DNA from: Nitrosopumilaceae archaeon
GTDB lineage: Archaea; Thermoproteota; Nitrososphaeria; Nitrososphaerales; Nitrosopumilaceae
DNA length: 64,000 bases
Direction of reading: 5' to 3'
NCBI GenBank assembly: GCA_965214835.1
Contig: CBDCCK010000002.1
Location: forward strand, 352,001-416,000
This document shows positions 20,300-29,742 of this stretch, piece after piece (within the stretch, counting starts at the first letter, position 1; every line of letters begins with the position of its first letter). Under the pieces are notes generated by a model. The model saw only the letters and a program-made list of their open reading frames with translations. It did no database searches and was not told the DNA's origin. The translations under genes were made by a program, and so were the position numbers.

Positions 20300-21319
20300 C
20301 TGCTGCTTTGCGGCATCCAAGATTGCACCAGACATTTGCGTGGTTGATGCGCCGCCCCCGATGTCCCATGTCACGGTTTTTCCCTCGTTGATCACCTGCT
20401 TGGTTGCATCGAATATGGCGTCCCTGATGTGCCCCTCGCCCAAATACTCTGCCATCCATGCGCCAGAGAGCACCGCCGCCGTCGGGTTTACCCTGTTTTG
20501 TCCTGCAAACTGCGGCGCGCTGCCATGCGCCGCTTCGAACATGGCAAAGCCATCTCCCATGTTTGCCGAATAAATCAACCCAATCGAGCCGACCAGCGCG
20601 GATGCCAGCTCCGATATGATGTCCATAAACAGGTTTGTGCTGACCAGGACTGACCCGTTGAACTGGTCTGTTGCGATGACCATCTGCTGTGCCATGTTAT
20701 CGATGTAGATCTCTGACAGCTTGATTCCGGTTCCCTCCACTGCCCTTTGCGCCTCCTCCCAGAATATCCCGTCTGTCTGCTTTAAGATGTTTCTCTTTGT
20801 AATCGCGACCATTTTTTTCATGTTGTGATCATCTGCCCACCTTATTGACGACTCGATTAGGCGTCTGGAGCCCTTTCTTGTGATCTTTCTGATTGCGATT
20901 GCCGCATCCTCCGTAATTCTGGCCTCTACTCCAGTGTAGAGTCCTTCTGTCGCCTCCCTGAAGCAGACACAGTCGAGCCTTCTGTCGGGAGTCAGCCTGT
21001 CGTATGTCTTGCAGGGCCTGATGTTTGCATACAGGTCAAACTTCTGCCGCAGCGTGACTGCAACGCTCCTAGGCGCCCCCGGAGCCGGAATGGTCGTGGT
21101 GGGCCCCTTGAAGCAGGCGTCGGATTCTCCCAAGACCTGCATTGTCTGATCCGGTATGTATGACGCATCCTTTCTGCCGTTTTTGTCCCACTGCTCGGAG
21201 CCTGCCTCGCACACAATGATCTCCGACTGCATGTTGCACTCCCTGAGAATCCTCAGCATGCAGTCGACTATCTCCGGACCAATGCCGTCTCCCCTCATCA
21301 CTGCTACCTTTTTTGCCAT
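20288..21319 (-). CDS. Isocitrate/isopropylmalate dehydrogenase family protein
   Basis: GDGIGPEI, LRQKFDLYANIRP, REATEGLY, FEAAHGSAP. Confidence 0.92.
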   Translation of the reverse strand: MAKKVAVMRGDGIGPEIVDCMLRILRECNMQSEIIVCEAGSEQWDKNGRKDASYIPDQTMQVLGESDACFKGPTTTIPAPGAPRSVAVTLRQKFDLYANIRPCKTYDRLTPDRRLDCVCFREATEGLYTGVEARITEDAAIAIRKITRKGSRRLIESSIRWADDHNMKKMVAITKRNILKQTDGIFWEEAQRAVEGTGIKLSEIYIDNMAQQMVIATDQFNGSVLVSTNLFMDIISELASALVGSIGLIYSANMGDGFAMFEAAHGSAPQFAGQNRVNPTAAVLSGAWMAEYLGEGHIRDAIFDATKQVINEGKTVTWDIGGGASTTQMSGAILDAAKQQLRR

Positions 21320-21376
21320 TGGCGAAAGCTCGTTTGGAGGTTTATTATTTAATTCTACTTGACATTTCAGCCATGC

Positions 21377-21780
21377 GTAGTGTGCACAGTTGAAAATGGT
21401 CTATTTTCGTAACAGCTCGGGCTCTGGAAGTTGTTCCTGATTTCAGGCACGAATCTGCCCAAGAGGGATCTTCAAGGTAGCAAAACTCACACCTGAGCTT
21501 CCAGAGCCCGAGCTGTTACCTATTTTCTTATCGAAATAGGCAAGATATGTCAAAATTATGTTGCAATTTTTGATGTGTGTACTACGGGAGGCCCAGCCTC
21601 ATCTAGGAGTGGATCCGGCGATTTGACAGGTGTCAGTACGGCCACCCTCTTCTATCCCTTGTCCACGCCACAGGTGCCTGTCCACGGTCCGTAATACACA
21701 CATCAAAAGTTGGAACATAATTTTGACATATCTTGCCTATTTCGATAAGAAAATATCTCATTTTCAACTGTGCGCACTAC
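21377..21780. repeat. 92-bp long inverted repeat pair around a 101-bp spacer (left arm interrupted by a MITE)
   Basis: Left arm 21377-21587 minus the MITE matches the reverse complement of 21689-21780 at 85/92 positions. Confidence 0.85.
21409..21519. mobile_element. 111-bp MITE (GTAAC-terminal family)
   Basis: gtaacagctcgggctctggaag...cttccagagcccgagctgttac, perfect 8-bp target duplication ctattttc. Confidence 0.9.
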
Positions 21781-21784
21781 ACCT

Positions 21785-23400
21785 CCATGGGTTCTGCATC
21801 TGGCTATGTATACGCCATGTCCCCGTGCCCCGTGCCGCCGTTTCCCCCGCCCGAGGAATCCGACAGGTCGCCCTCGAACTCTAGGCGTGCAGACGAGTGC
21901 GTCGTCATAGTCCCCCATGCACGCACGATCACCGGCGGGCGTGCCGACGATCCCGACATCTCCGGCTGACAGCGCGGCGGCCGTCTCCACGTGGCATTCA
22001 TGAACGTCTGACACATAGCCGGCAGGCAGTCGCACCGAGTATATCATTACATCATCCAGCATGGTGTCCTGTGCAGGCACCTTGCCGGTGCTGCTAGCGC
22101 CTATCGCAAGCGGATGATCGTTTGCGACGGATCCGGCAAGCCATGAGCTGAGCCGGCGCAGGTTGTCGACCTGTCCGTCCACGTACGCGTCGAGTCCGCC
22201 CCTGTTCCCGGAGCCATCATAGGTGAACACGACGTGGTGCCAGCGGCCGTCGGCCACGCCGGAGAACGTGTTGACTGTGATCTGGCTTTGCACACCGTCT
22301 TCCATCCGTAATGAAATCCCGCCGTACGGGTTGCCCCATATTGTGATGCCCTGCTGCCTAGCCGCGTCGGCCTTTGAGATGATCGACGAGTCGGGGTTGC
22401 CGGGGCCGGGCATCTTGATCCAGAAGGCCATGCTGAACGGATCGGCTCCGCCAAGATCGATGCCGGATGCGTCGGCAAGCGTGATATATGCGATGCCGTC
22501 AAGGTGGAGGGCTCTGCCGGCGGGGCCGTACGCAGGCAGGGACGTCCACCAGGGCGGGTTCCATTCCGTCACATCCACGCTCCGGTCAGCATGCGTGAGG
22601 AGCAGCGACGGTATCATCGTGCCCGGTTTTGAGGGGCTCTCAAACTCGGCCACCTTGCTGCCACTGTTATATATCTCAGCATGCCGCTTCTTCTGATCCG
22701 TTTCCGGAGACGCCGTCACAACGTTGCCGCCGCCGTAATGAGCCTCCAGCGAGTACAGGTTCGGTTCGATTGCACTGGCAAATTCTATTGTTACGATCTT
22801 TTTGGTTTTTTCTGGGTTTGAGTTGTAAATGGAATCACTTATCGTGCCAGAATCGGTCAGATTGTAGACACTTGATACCCACGATTCATGAATGTGCCGC
22901 ATGATTATTTGCGCGTCAGAATCCGCATAGTTTTGTAGCGTAAAAGACACCGCCTGAGTACGCAGATGGAGTCCCAGTGTACAAGCGCGGCCGACGCGGA
23001 CACTCCAAGTGCTGCGACCACAAGCACGGCCGCCAGCAGTAGCGTGTTGTATTGCCCCCTCGGGCCACGCTTTCCCGCCGACGCCCTTTCGATTCCGCCG
23101 CCGATCAGTACGGCAGCAGCAATGCACATCGGGATCCACAGCATTCCCAGATGAAACCACGATACCCATCCGATTGATCCGAAGAACAGCAGGACGGGCA
23201 CGGTCCACAATATCAGAAACCTATTGCACATGACAACTGCAGAGACGAGTCCCAATAGGCTCGGCAATGATCAAAACCACATCCGGGGGTTCGAAACCTA
23301 CCAACTGCCGGCATACGTAACTTGCCCGGGAGTAAGCTTGCCAATTCTGACATTTATTGTCTTGAGGGCATTCCCTCTGCTACGGATCCGGGGGCAGAAC
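21785..23400 (-). pseudogene. Degraded membrane protein with LamG/concanavalin-A-like domain
   Basis: TM segments in the 22905-23267 frame and a LamG-like domain (FSMAFWIK, DGRWHHVVFTYDG, YVDG, LDDVMIY) in another frame. Frameshifts near 22960 and 21890. The 3' end abuts the long inverted repeat. The 5' limit is uncertain. Confidence 0.65.
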
Positions 23401-23699
23401 GTCATGGCAATACTGGCATTCAAGGAGAATGTGATGATTTATCTCAACCCAAGGCCCCATCTAGCGTTCGATCCGGGACACATTTCACTTAGATGGACTG
23501 CAGCCTGTTGTACAGCCATACCTGAACGCGCAAAAACAGCCAATCTCTTGTGCCTAAAACCAGGATTGCGCAACAGGCTACATGGACACAGACCGTGCAT
23601 CGGCTCGATGCAACACCACCGGGAAGCGGCAGGTCTGGAACTGGCAGGATTTCTTATCAGGCTGCTATTCAATTATAACCAAAGAATCAGGTTCCATTA

Positions 23700-24020
23700 G
23701 TGTTGGGCGAAAAGGGAAAATACGCGACGGCTACAGAAAACAGGAGGTTTGTGTGGGGCGAGATCGTGTGGCCGCTGATTCTGGAGATCAACGACGTGGC
23801 ATTTACATTAAAGCAGTATCAAAGCAAGCGGGATCAGGTATGTGCCAAAAAAGACGCCAGCATAACCACCACATCAAGGGGCCTTGCATCACTGCTGCAG
23901 AAGGGAATCCTGAGAAAGGAGGGCGAGATCTACTCGATCCACTACAGGCTGATCCCGTACATGAGGCTCAGGGCCGCCTGTGACTATGCAACTGCGATTC
24001 ACGAGGTCAGGATCAAATGA
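23700..24020 (+). CDS. Conserved hypothetical protein (wHTH-like)
   Basis: 106-aa ORF, SRGLASLLQKGILRKEGEIYSI helix-wing pattern. Confidence 0.7.
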   Translation: MLGEKGKYATATENRRFVWGEIVWPLILEINDVAFTLKQYQSKRDQVCAKKDASITTTSRGLASLLQKGILRKEGEIYSIHYRLIPYMRLRAACDYATAIHEVRIK

Positions 24021-24065
24021 GTCTCACCAAATGATTATATGCCAAGTGCTGGGAGTTGCTGCAGT

Positions 24066-24168
24066 AGCCCGATAGTCTAGCGGTCAAATGGTTTCAGGCC
24101 AAGGATCTCGCGCTCTGGATCTCAGGAGAGGATACGCGGGGACGGCAGTTCGAATCTGCCTCGGGCTA
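24066..24168 (+). tRNA. tRNA-Gln(CUG) with two introns (D-loop and canonical 37/38)
   Basis: Acceptor AGCCCGA/TCGGGCT, anticodon arm TCGCG-CTCTGG[intron]A-CGCGG, T arm GGCAG-TTCGAAT-CTGCC, and an extra 15 nt in the D loop. Confidence 0.85.
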
Positions 24169-24179
24169 CTTTGAAAATT

Positions 24180-24779
24180 CTACCTGGATGCCTGCGCGAT
24201 TCTTTCCAGTTCGTTTTTTTTCTTGACAGAGTGGGATGCGGGATCGTTGGATGCTGCCAGGACAAGCTGCTCGGCCAGGTGCTCCTCCATTGCCTTGGGG
24301 TTCGAGAAGGTCGCCTCCTTTACGCCGTCTGCGATGAACCTCAGCGCCAGATCCACGCGCCTGATTGGCGCAACGTCGACTGATACGTGGTAGACGGTCC
24401 CGCCGTAGACGATTCTCGTGGTGTCCTCGTTGGGCGCCGAGTTCTCGATTGCACGAACCAGTACCTCGACGGGGTTTTTTCCCGTCCTGAGGTTGATTAT
24501 GTCAAAGGCCGCCTTTACGGTATTGTACACGTTGGTTTTCTTGCCTGCCATCCTGCCGGTGTTTTTTGCATAGCGCTTGCCAAAGTGCATCAGCTTGTTG
24601 CCTAGCCTTTCGACCACGTTGACATCTGCCTTGTTGAACCGCTTTAGCGCAGAGCGCCCAAAAGTCAGGGGCAGGATCATCTTTCTAAGGGAGATGGCAG
24701 TCTTGAGCCCGGGATCCCTGATCTCAATGCCAGAAAGATCCCACTTTCTAAACAACAGGAGGTTTTGTGTCTTTGCCAT
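24180..24779 (-). CDS. rps7: 30S ribosomal protein S7
   Basis: LLFRKWD, AIENSAPNEDTTRIVYGG, KKNELERIAQASR. Confidence 0.96.
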   Translation of the reverse strand: MAKTQNLLLFRKWDLSGIEIRDPGLKTAISLRKMILPLTFGRSALKRFNKADVNVVERLGNKLMHFGKRYAKNTGRMAGKKTNVYNTVKAAFDIINLRTGKNPVEVLVRAIENSAPNEDTTRIVYGGTVYHVSVDVAPIRRVDLALRFIADGVKEATFSNPKAMEEHLAEQLVLAASNDPASHSVKKKNELERIAQASR

Positions 24780-24783
24780 GTCC

Positions 24784-25221
24784 CTATCTCCTCGGCTTTT
24801 CCTTCTTTCCGATGACAAGCTCGTGCAGTGACGTCCCGTTTACCTTGAATACCTTGAATCTGACGCCGGGAATGTCCCCCATCGCACCACCCTGCGTCGC
24901 GCCCATTCCCTCGACATGAACCTCGTCGTGCTCGTCGATAAAGTTCATCGCGCCGTCCCGGGGCAGGAACGCAGTTACGGCCTTGCCGTTTTTGATCAGC
25001 TGAACCCTGACGCACTTTCTGACTGCGGAGTTTGGCTGCTTTGCGGCAATACCCACCTTTTCCAGGACGATTCCCCTTGCCTGCGGGGCGCCGCCCAGCG
25101 GGTCTGCCTTTTTGTCAATGCCCAGCTCCCTTCTTTTGTAAGTCGAGATTGCCCAGCGCTGCTCCTTTCGCTTTGTCTTTAGGACCCTGCCTGCAAATAA
25201 TCCCAGAGGCGACTTTGTCAT
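24784..25221 (-). CDS. rps12: 30S ribosomal protein S12
   Basis: [29 protein letters not shown]. Confidence 0.97.
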   Translation of the reverse strand: MTKSPLGLFAGRVLKTKRKEQRWAISTYKRRELGIDKKADPLGGAPQARGIVLEKVGIAAKQPNSAVRKCVRVQLIKNGKAVTAFLPRDGAMNFIDEHDEVHVEGMGATQGGAMGDIPGVRFKVFKVNGTSLHELVIGKKEKPRR

Positions 25222-25223
25222 GT

Positions 25224-25688
25224 CTACATCTCCAGTGCGGCCCTCTCGGGGCCATTTATCAGGACGCTGGTAATGTCAAAGTATCTCCTGGCCAGGAGCC
25301 TTGCCTTTTCGGCGTTTCGCCCCTCGCGCCCGACGACGATGCCCTTCTTTCCCGGGTCGACTACCACTATGGCCTGAGTCGTCCCGTCTGCGCGCTTGTT
25401 TATCTTTACCTCAGAGATCATTTTTCCGTTAAGCATGTTCTTCAAAAAGACTGCAGGATCAGCGTCGTACTCGACCAGCTCCACGCTCTTCTTTACGATA
25501 TTTTGGAGTGACTTTATGTGGGATCCGCCCTTGCCGATTGCCAGTCCCATCTTGCCGTTATTGACTACAAAGATTACCCTGTTTTGCTTTTCATCCTCGA
25601 CGCAGTCACGTGCCGTTGCGCCGGTTACATTTTGAAAAAGCGACATTAATCGCATCTGATCAGTTGTAAGTTTGATTGCCTGTGTCAT
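25224..25688 (-). CDS. nusA: Archaeal NusA-like KH-domain transcription factor
   Basis: [23 protein letters not shown] motifs, and gene position. Confidence 0.95.
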   Translation of the reverse strand: MTQAIKLTTDQMRLMSLFQNVTGATARDCVEDEKQNRVIFVVNNGKMGLAIGKGGSHIKSLQNIVKKSVELVEYDADPAVFLKNMLNGKMISEVKINKRADGTTQAIVVVDPGKKGIVVGREGRNAEKARLLARRYFDITSVLINGPERAALEM

Positions 25689-25755
25689 AATTATTCCTTT
25701 TTTACTCCGACAGGCTCTGTCTCATTTAAACCTTGATTAAAACCGTGTAACCTCA

Positions 25756-26067
25756 TTATGCTGCTTCAGACTCTTTGATGATTGATGTTATGTTTGCCTC
25801 GGCCAATGAATTAAAGGAGACCGTTGATATTCTAAACTGCAGTCCGCACAGCTTTCCTAGTGCGACCGAGGTTCCCTCAAATTTTACTGTCGGTACCTTT
25901 TGCTTCTCTGCGGCCGCGGTGATTCTTTGCAAGGCCGCGTTGGTTAGTGACTGGGACACTATGACCAGCTTTGAGCTTTCAATTCCGCCTAAAACCTGCT
26001 TTGCACCAAACGTACACTTTTCCTCTTTAATGCCGTCCTTTAGTGCCTTTTCTAATATCTTGCCCAT
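25756..26067 (-). CDS. rpl30e: 50S ribosomal protein L30e
   Basis: FGAKQV, FEGTSVALGKLCG, upstream of nusA. Confidence 0.93.
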   Translation of the reverse strand: MGKILEKALKDGIKEEKCTFGAKQVLGGIESSKLVIVSQSLTNAALQRITAAAEKQKVPTVKFEGTSVALGKLCGLQFRISTVSFNSLAEANITSIIKESEAA

Positions 26068-26126
26068 TGCGTTCTCGTAATGTCGATCCTTTAGGAGACC
26101 TTTATAGGTCTATTGAAAGAGCCGGT

Positions 26127-26318
26127 GTAGGAGTTTACCTCCTCCCAAAGACGCGATGCAGGTGGGCACGGTCATGAAAGACCCTGATCAACGGTAACGC
26201 CCAAGGGGTAGACTTGCGCGCTGGTGTAAGATTACCCCCTCCCCCCAAGCGACACTGCCAGCCGAGGCCGTCATGATCACACCTGCCACGTCGTATCTCA
26301 GAAGGGGCAAACTCTTAC
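26127..26318. repeat. Two tandem degenerate GTA-terminal MITE-like elements
   Basis: gtaggagtttacc...ggggtagacttgc and gtaagattacccc...ggggcaaactcttac, with ends similar to 12295-12510. Confidence 0.45.
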
Positions 26319-26991
26319 GACTGCCCGTCCGGTTCTGTGTAAGATTGGTGACCTAGAATGCGGATATTCTCTGAATTGAGATTTTATTTTATGCCTAGAC
26401 AGAATACTTGCTTAGCGAGGCATTCTGGATGATGGTCTTCCACTTGTTGATGCCGTCCACGACAATCAAGGATGCCTCCGCAGGCGTCTTTCCCTCCAGG
26501 CTTCCGTGCTTTTTGGTGTAATTGTAGTAGACCCTCATTCCGTCAAGTATGGCCGTATCCATCTTCTTGAGGCCCCTGAACACCTTCTCGCGGTCTCTGA
26601 TCTCGCCGTTGAGCCTCTCCATCCTGTTGTTGTTGTCCCGGTCTCTTTTTCCTGCCAGGTGGATATGTCTTACGTGATTCGTACCCTTTCCGAATACCCT
26701 CCTTGAGGACTTGGCATATGCCGGCAGGCCGTCCGTGATGAAGTTTCTGGGGCTTTTTCCGGCATGTGATTTTGTCAGTTGTAATAGACTGTCCGCATTG
26801 TGCTGGAACTTGTTGTCTGCCAGGTCGGAGGCCAGCCAGTAGCGCGTATCGTCATCCATCGAGGCGAATAGATAGCACTGCCTGCCGCTGATTTTCACCC
26901 ATACCTCGTCGGCCCGGAACCAGCTGCCGACCCGTGGAACGATTCCGTTGAGGTATGTCGATGTCATCCTGGAATAGTCTCTAACCCAGTT

Positions 26992-28709
26992 AGACCTTAT
27001 GCGTAAACGAAATTAGCGGCGATGCCCCCGGCGCACGGGCTACAAATGAGGCAAGTCAGGGCCGGCGCACGCGCGACTGTACCTTACAACGTTGAAAATA
27101 TTTGATCAAAACCACAACTATTTTCAGACGATTGATTTAGATCCGGGATCCATTCTCGCATAAGAGTAATGGCAAAGTCCGAGACCGAGCAGATACGACT
27201 GCTGAAGAAGAGAATCGAGCAGTACGAGAAGGAGAAGGTACAGGACAGGAAGGAGAAGGCGCGGGACAAAAAGAAGATCAAGAAGTATGAGAAGAGGATC
27301 AAGAGGCACGAGAAGAAGAGCAGGCAGGACAGGAAGGAGAAGGCGCGGGACAGGACGGAGAGGATGCAGTACAGGAAGGAGATCAGAGAGTACGAGAAGA
27401 AGAGCAGGCAGGACGGCAGGAGGCAGGAGCGGGATCAGGAGAGGATAGGGCAGCTGGAACAGCAGCTGGACGCCGAGCGCCGGATGTGGCCCGCAACCTG
27501 GGATGACGACAGGCGCTCCGCGGACAACGCCGCCCTCATGCACAGGCTCGAGGTGCTCGATGACATAATCGGTGGCGGGTCCCTGCAGCCCACCACGTCG
27601 ATGAACCTCCGCCAGTTTGACTACATATATGACCGGTTTACGAAGCTTGCCAAAAAGCACACAGAAGGCCCCCTGTTCTCAGAAGACGAGGACAACTTGC
27701 CCGGAAACCGGTGCAAGCTGTCCTACCGCCACGCCCTGCTGATGTCGCTGATGCGCAAGTACGGAAACCCGACACAGGAGCAGCTTGCGGCATTCTTTGG
27801 CATAGACCAGAGCACCGTATGCAGGTACCTCAGGTATTGCGACATGATATTCACCAAGATACTGCCCACGCCGGACGCCGTATCGCGAAAGATACAAAAC
27901 GCCCGCACGATCAAGGAAGTCAAGAAGATCGTCCCGGATCTGACCGTGATTGTAGACGGCACGCACATCGACATACAGCGCCCCACAGACAAGGAGCCAA
28001 GAAAGGAGGCATACTCTGGCAAGAAGAAGAGCTTTACGCGCAACACCCAGGTGATTGCCGACAAGAAGGGACTGGCGATGTATGCAAGCAAGTCGGCGCC
28101 CGGAAGCACGCACGACCTCACCATGATAAAGAACAACCCACCGGATCTGGGAATCCTGACTGCCAGGATGCGCAGCAACAGAAAGCACCCCGAGGACGAG
28201 AAGGTAAAGATGTTCTCTGATCTGGGATACATGGGAATCGAGGAGGTGTATCCCGGGGCCACATCCGTGCAGCCCGACAAGAAGCCAAGGAAAGGCAAGC
28301 TTACAAAGAAACAGAAAGCGCAGAACAGGAGGATAAGCAGCAAGAGGGTGACAGTAGAGCACGCCATAGGACGGATAAAGCAGTACAAGCGGATGCGTGA
28401 TCCGTACGACGGGACCGCCGAGGAGTTCGACAGGGAGTTCCAGGTGACGGCCGGGCTTGCCAACTTTAGGCTGCTGTGGGACAAGCGGAACAAGAAGCTC
28501 ATGCATGGGTTCTGATACCACGATACGGAGCGCATTGCGGCGCCACACGATGCCGCACTATACTGTAGTTTTTACCAGCTGTAATGGCTCGTAGCTGCAC
28601 TATATACGGACTCTGCCGCCCTCATACACGTCATGTGATGCCGTCAGCCTTGCATGTATGGCCGGCCACCGTCGGAATATTTCGATCCGGTCGATTACGC
28701 ATAAGGTCT
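26992..28709 (+). mobile_element. IS5-family (ISL2/DDE_Tnp_4-like) insertion sequence, 1718 bp
   Basis: TIR agaccttatgcgtaa(a/t)cga (18/19), 3-bp TSD GTT. Confidence 0.92.
27169..28515 (+). CDS. IS5-family transposase (HTH_Tnp_4 + DDE_Tnp_4) with charged coiled-coil N-terminus
   Basis: LAAFFGIDQSTVCR, IVDGTH, YSGKKK, HD, DLGY, RVTVEHAIGRIK. Confidence 0.92.
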   Translation: MAKSETEQIRLLKKRIEQYEKEKVQDRKEKARDKKKIKKYEKRIKRHEKKSRQDRKEKARDRTERMQYRKEIREYEKKSRQDGRRQERDQERIGQLEQQLDAERRMWPATWDDDRRSADNAALMHRLEVLDDIIGGGSLQPTTSMNLRQFDYIYDRFTKLAKKHTEGPLFSEDEDNLPGNRCKLSYRHALLMSLMRKYGNPTQEQLAAFFGIDQSTVCRYLRYCDMIFTKILPTPDAVSRKIQNARTIKEVKKIVPDLTVIVDGTHIDIQRPTDKEPRKEAYSGKKKSFTRNTQVIADKKGLAMYASKSAPGSTHDLTMIKNNPPDLGILTARMRSNRKHPEDEKVKMFSDLGYMGIEEVYPGATSVQPDKKPRKGKLTKKQKAQNRRISSKRVTVEHAIGRIKQYKRMRDPYDGTAEEFDREFQVTAGLANFRLLWDKRNKKLMHGF

Positions 28710-29278
28710 GTTGTATACCGTCTTGTGGCTTACACTGATTCCAAGCATCTCGTAATGGTTGGAGATGTCACGGACGCTCATCCCCGTATAATACATCTGC
28801 AACGCGCCCGTTATGATGGATTCGTCAAACCTCCTGTTTTCGAATCCAAAGTTTGCAGTAAACCTTCTCTTACAGTCTTTACACTTGAACATCTGCATTG
28901 TAGAGCTTTTGTTCTTCTTTAATCCCTTCCTGACGATGTTGCCAGAATCGCAGAACTTGCACAGGTTCAGCCTTGACCTTTCAATGATTCTAAACCCGTC
29001 GTGTCCGAACACGTTTCTTCTGACATACTCCAGTATTACCTTGATGTGCTTGCAGTCCGATTTTCTGCTCCGGTGGTCCGGACACTCACAGACAAGCCCG
29101 CTGCCCGTCCTAGATACGGTATAGAACTTGGATGGATCTGACTGGGATCTGACCCTGAAATCATTCGTACCAATGATCTGGGTGGCGTGACCCGGAGTCT
29201 CCATGATCTGTTTTGCACGTCGGTCTCTTGCGTTCATTCACATCCCTCCTCGAAAATTAATATAGAACAAAAAAGAAG

Positions 29279-29363
29279 CGGTGAGTGTGGGATTCGAACC
29301 CACGAAGGCTTTCCACCTTGCAGGTCATAAGCCTGCCACTCTAACCAACTAAGTGAACTCACC
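29279..29363 (-). tRNA. Non-canonical class-II-type tRNA: anticodon UAU (Ile) with long variable arm and G73
   Basis: GGTGAGT TC ACTT AGTTGGTTA GAGT G GCAGG CTTATGA CCTGC AAGGT-GGAAA-GCCTT C GTGGG TTCGAAT CCCAC ACTCACC G. All stems pair, with an upstream TAAATA box and a downstream T-tract. Confidence 0.88.
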
Positions 29364-29450
29364 ATGTATTAGATTAACAGTATGGTTATTTATTAGTTGT
29401 GGTTAACAGATCGGTTAAGATTTATATTAGCAACGTTGCTTCAAAACAAC

Positions 29451-29636
29451 ATGACACGCTACAAAAAGGACGCAAGGGAGTTTGATGTGAGCCTCACCAA
29501 AAGCAGGAACAGGGACGGATCTGAAAGCCTGATCTGCCGCGTACCGAGAATCATAGTAGAAACACTGGGCGAGCCAAACAGCCTGAAATTCCTTATCAAG
29601 AGCAAGAACATAGTTGTGACCGCAGGTGAGAAGTGA
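29451..29636 (+). CDS. Small AbrB/MazE-like DNA-binding protein (putative regulator)
   Basis: MTRYKKDAREFDVSL...CRVPRIIVETLGEPNSLKF...IVV swapped-hairpin-like pattern. TTTATA box near 29420. Confidence 0.55.
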   Translation: MTRYKKDAREFDVSLTKSRNRDGSESLICRVPRIIVETLGEPNSLKFLIKSKNIVVTAGEK

Positions 29637-29742
29637 TGTTACCGTACCATAAGGAAGCCAACAGTAGAGATTTTGGGCAATCCAAACCAACTCGTGTTCA
29701 AACTTGTAAAAAAGAAGGCAATCATAAAAGGTGTAATCTGAA

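Larger units (their letters stand above)
26395..29237 (-). pseudogene. IS6-family DDE transposase with N-terminal SWIM-like and Zn-ribbon domains, split by a nested IS
   Basis: N-half 29237-28710 (CECPDH..CKH, CKFC..CKDC, HTH) and C-half 26991-26395 (WFRADEV, ITDG, NNRMERLN) rejoin in frame as TVYN|WVRDYSRMTSTY. Confidence 0.9.

Noticed and set aside
29279-29363. tRNA as an integration (att) site, or as tRNA-Sec/Pyl
   Set aside because: No duplicated tRNA 3' end or integrase was seen, and it lies inside the TIRs. The anticodon is UAU rather than UCA/CUA and the fold is 7/5.
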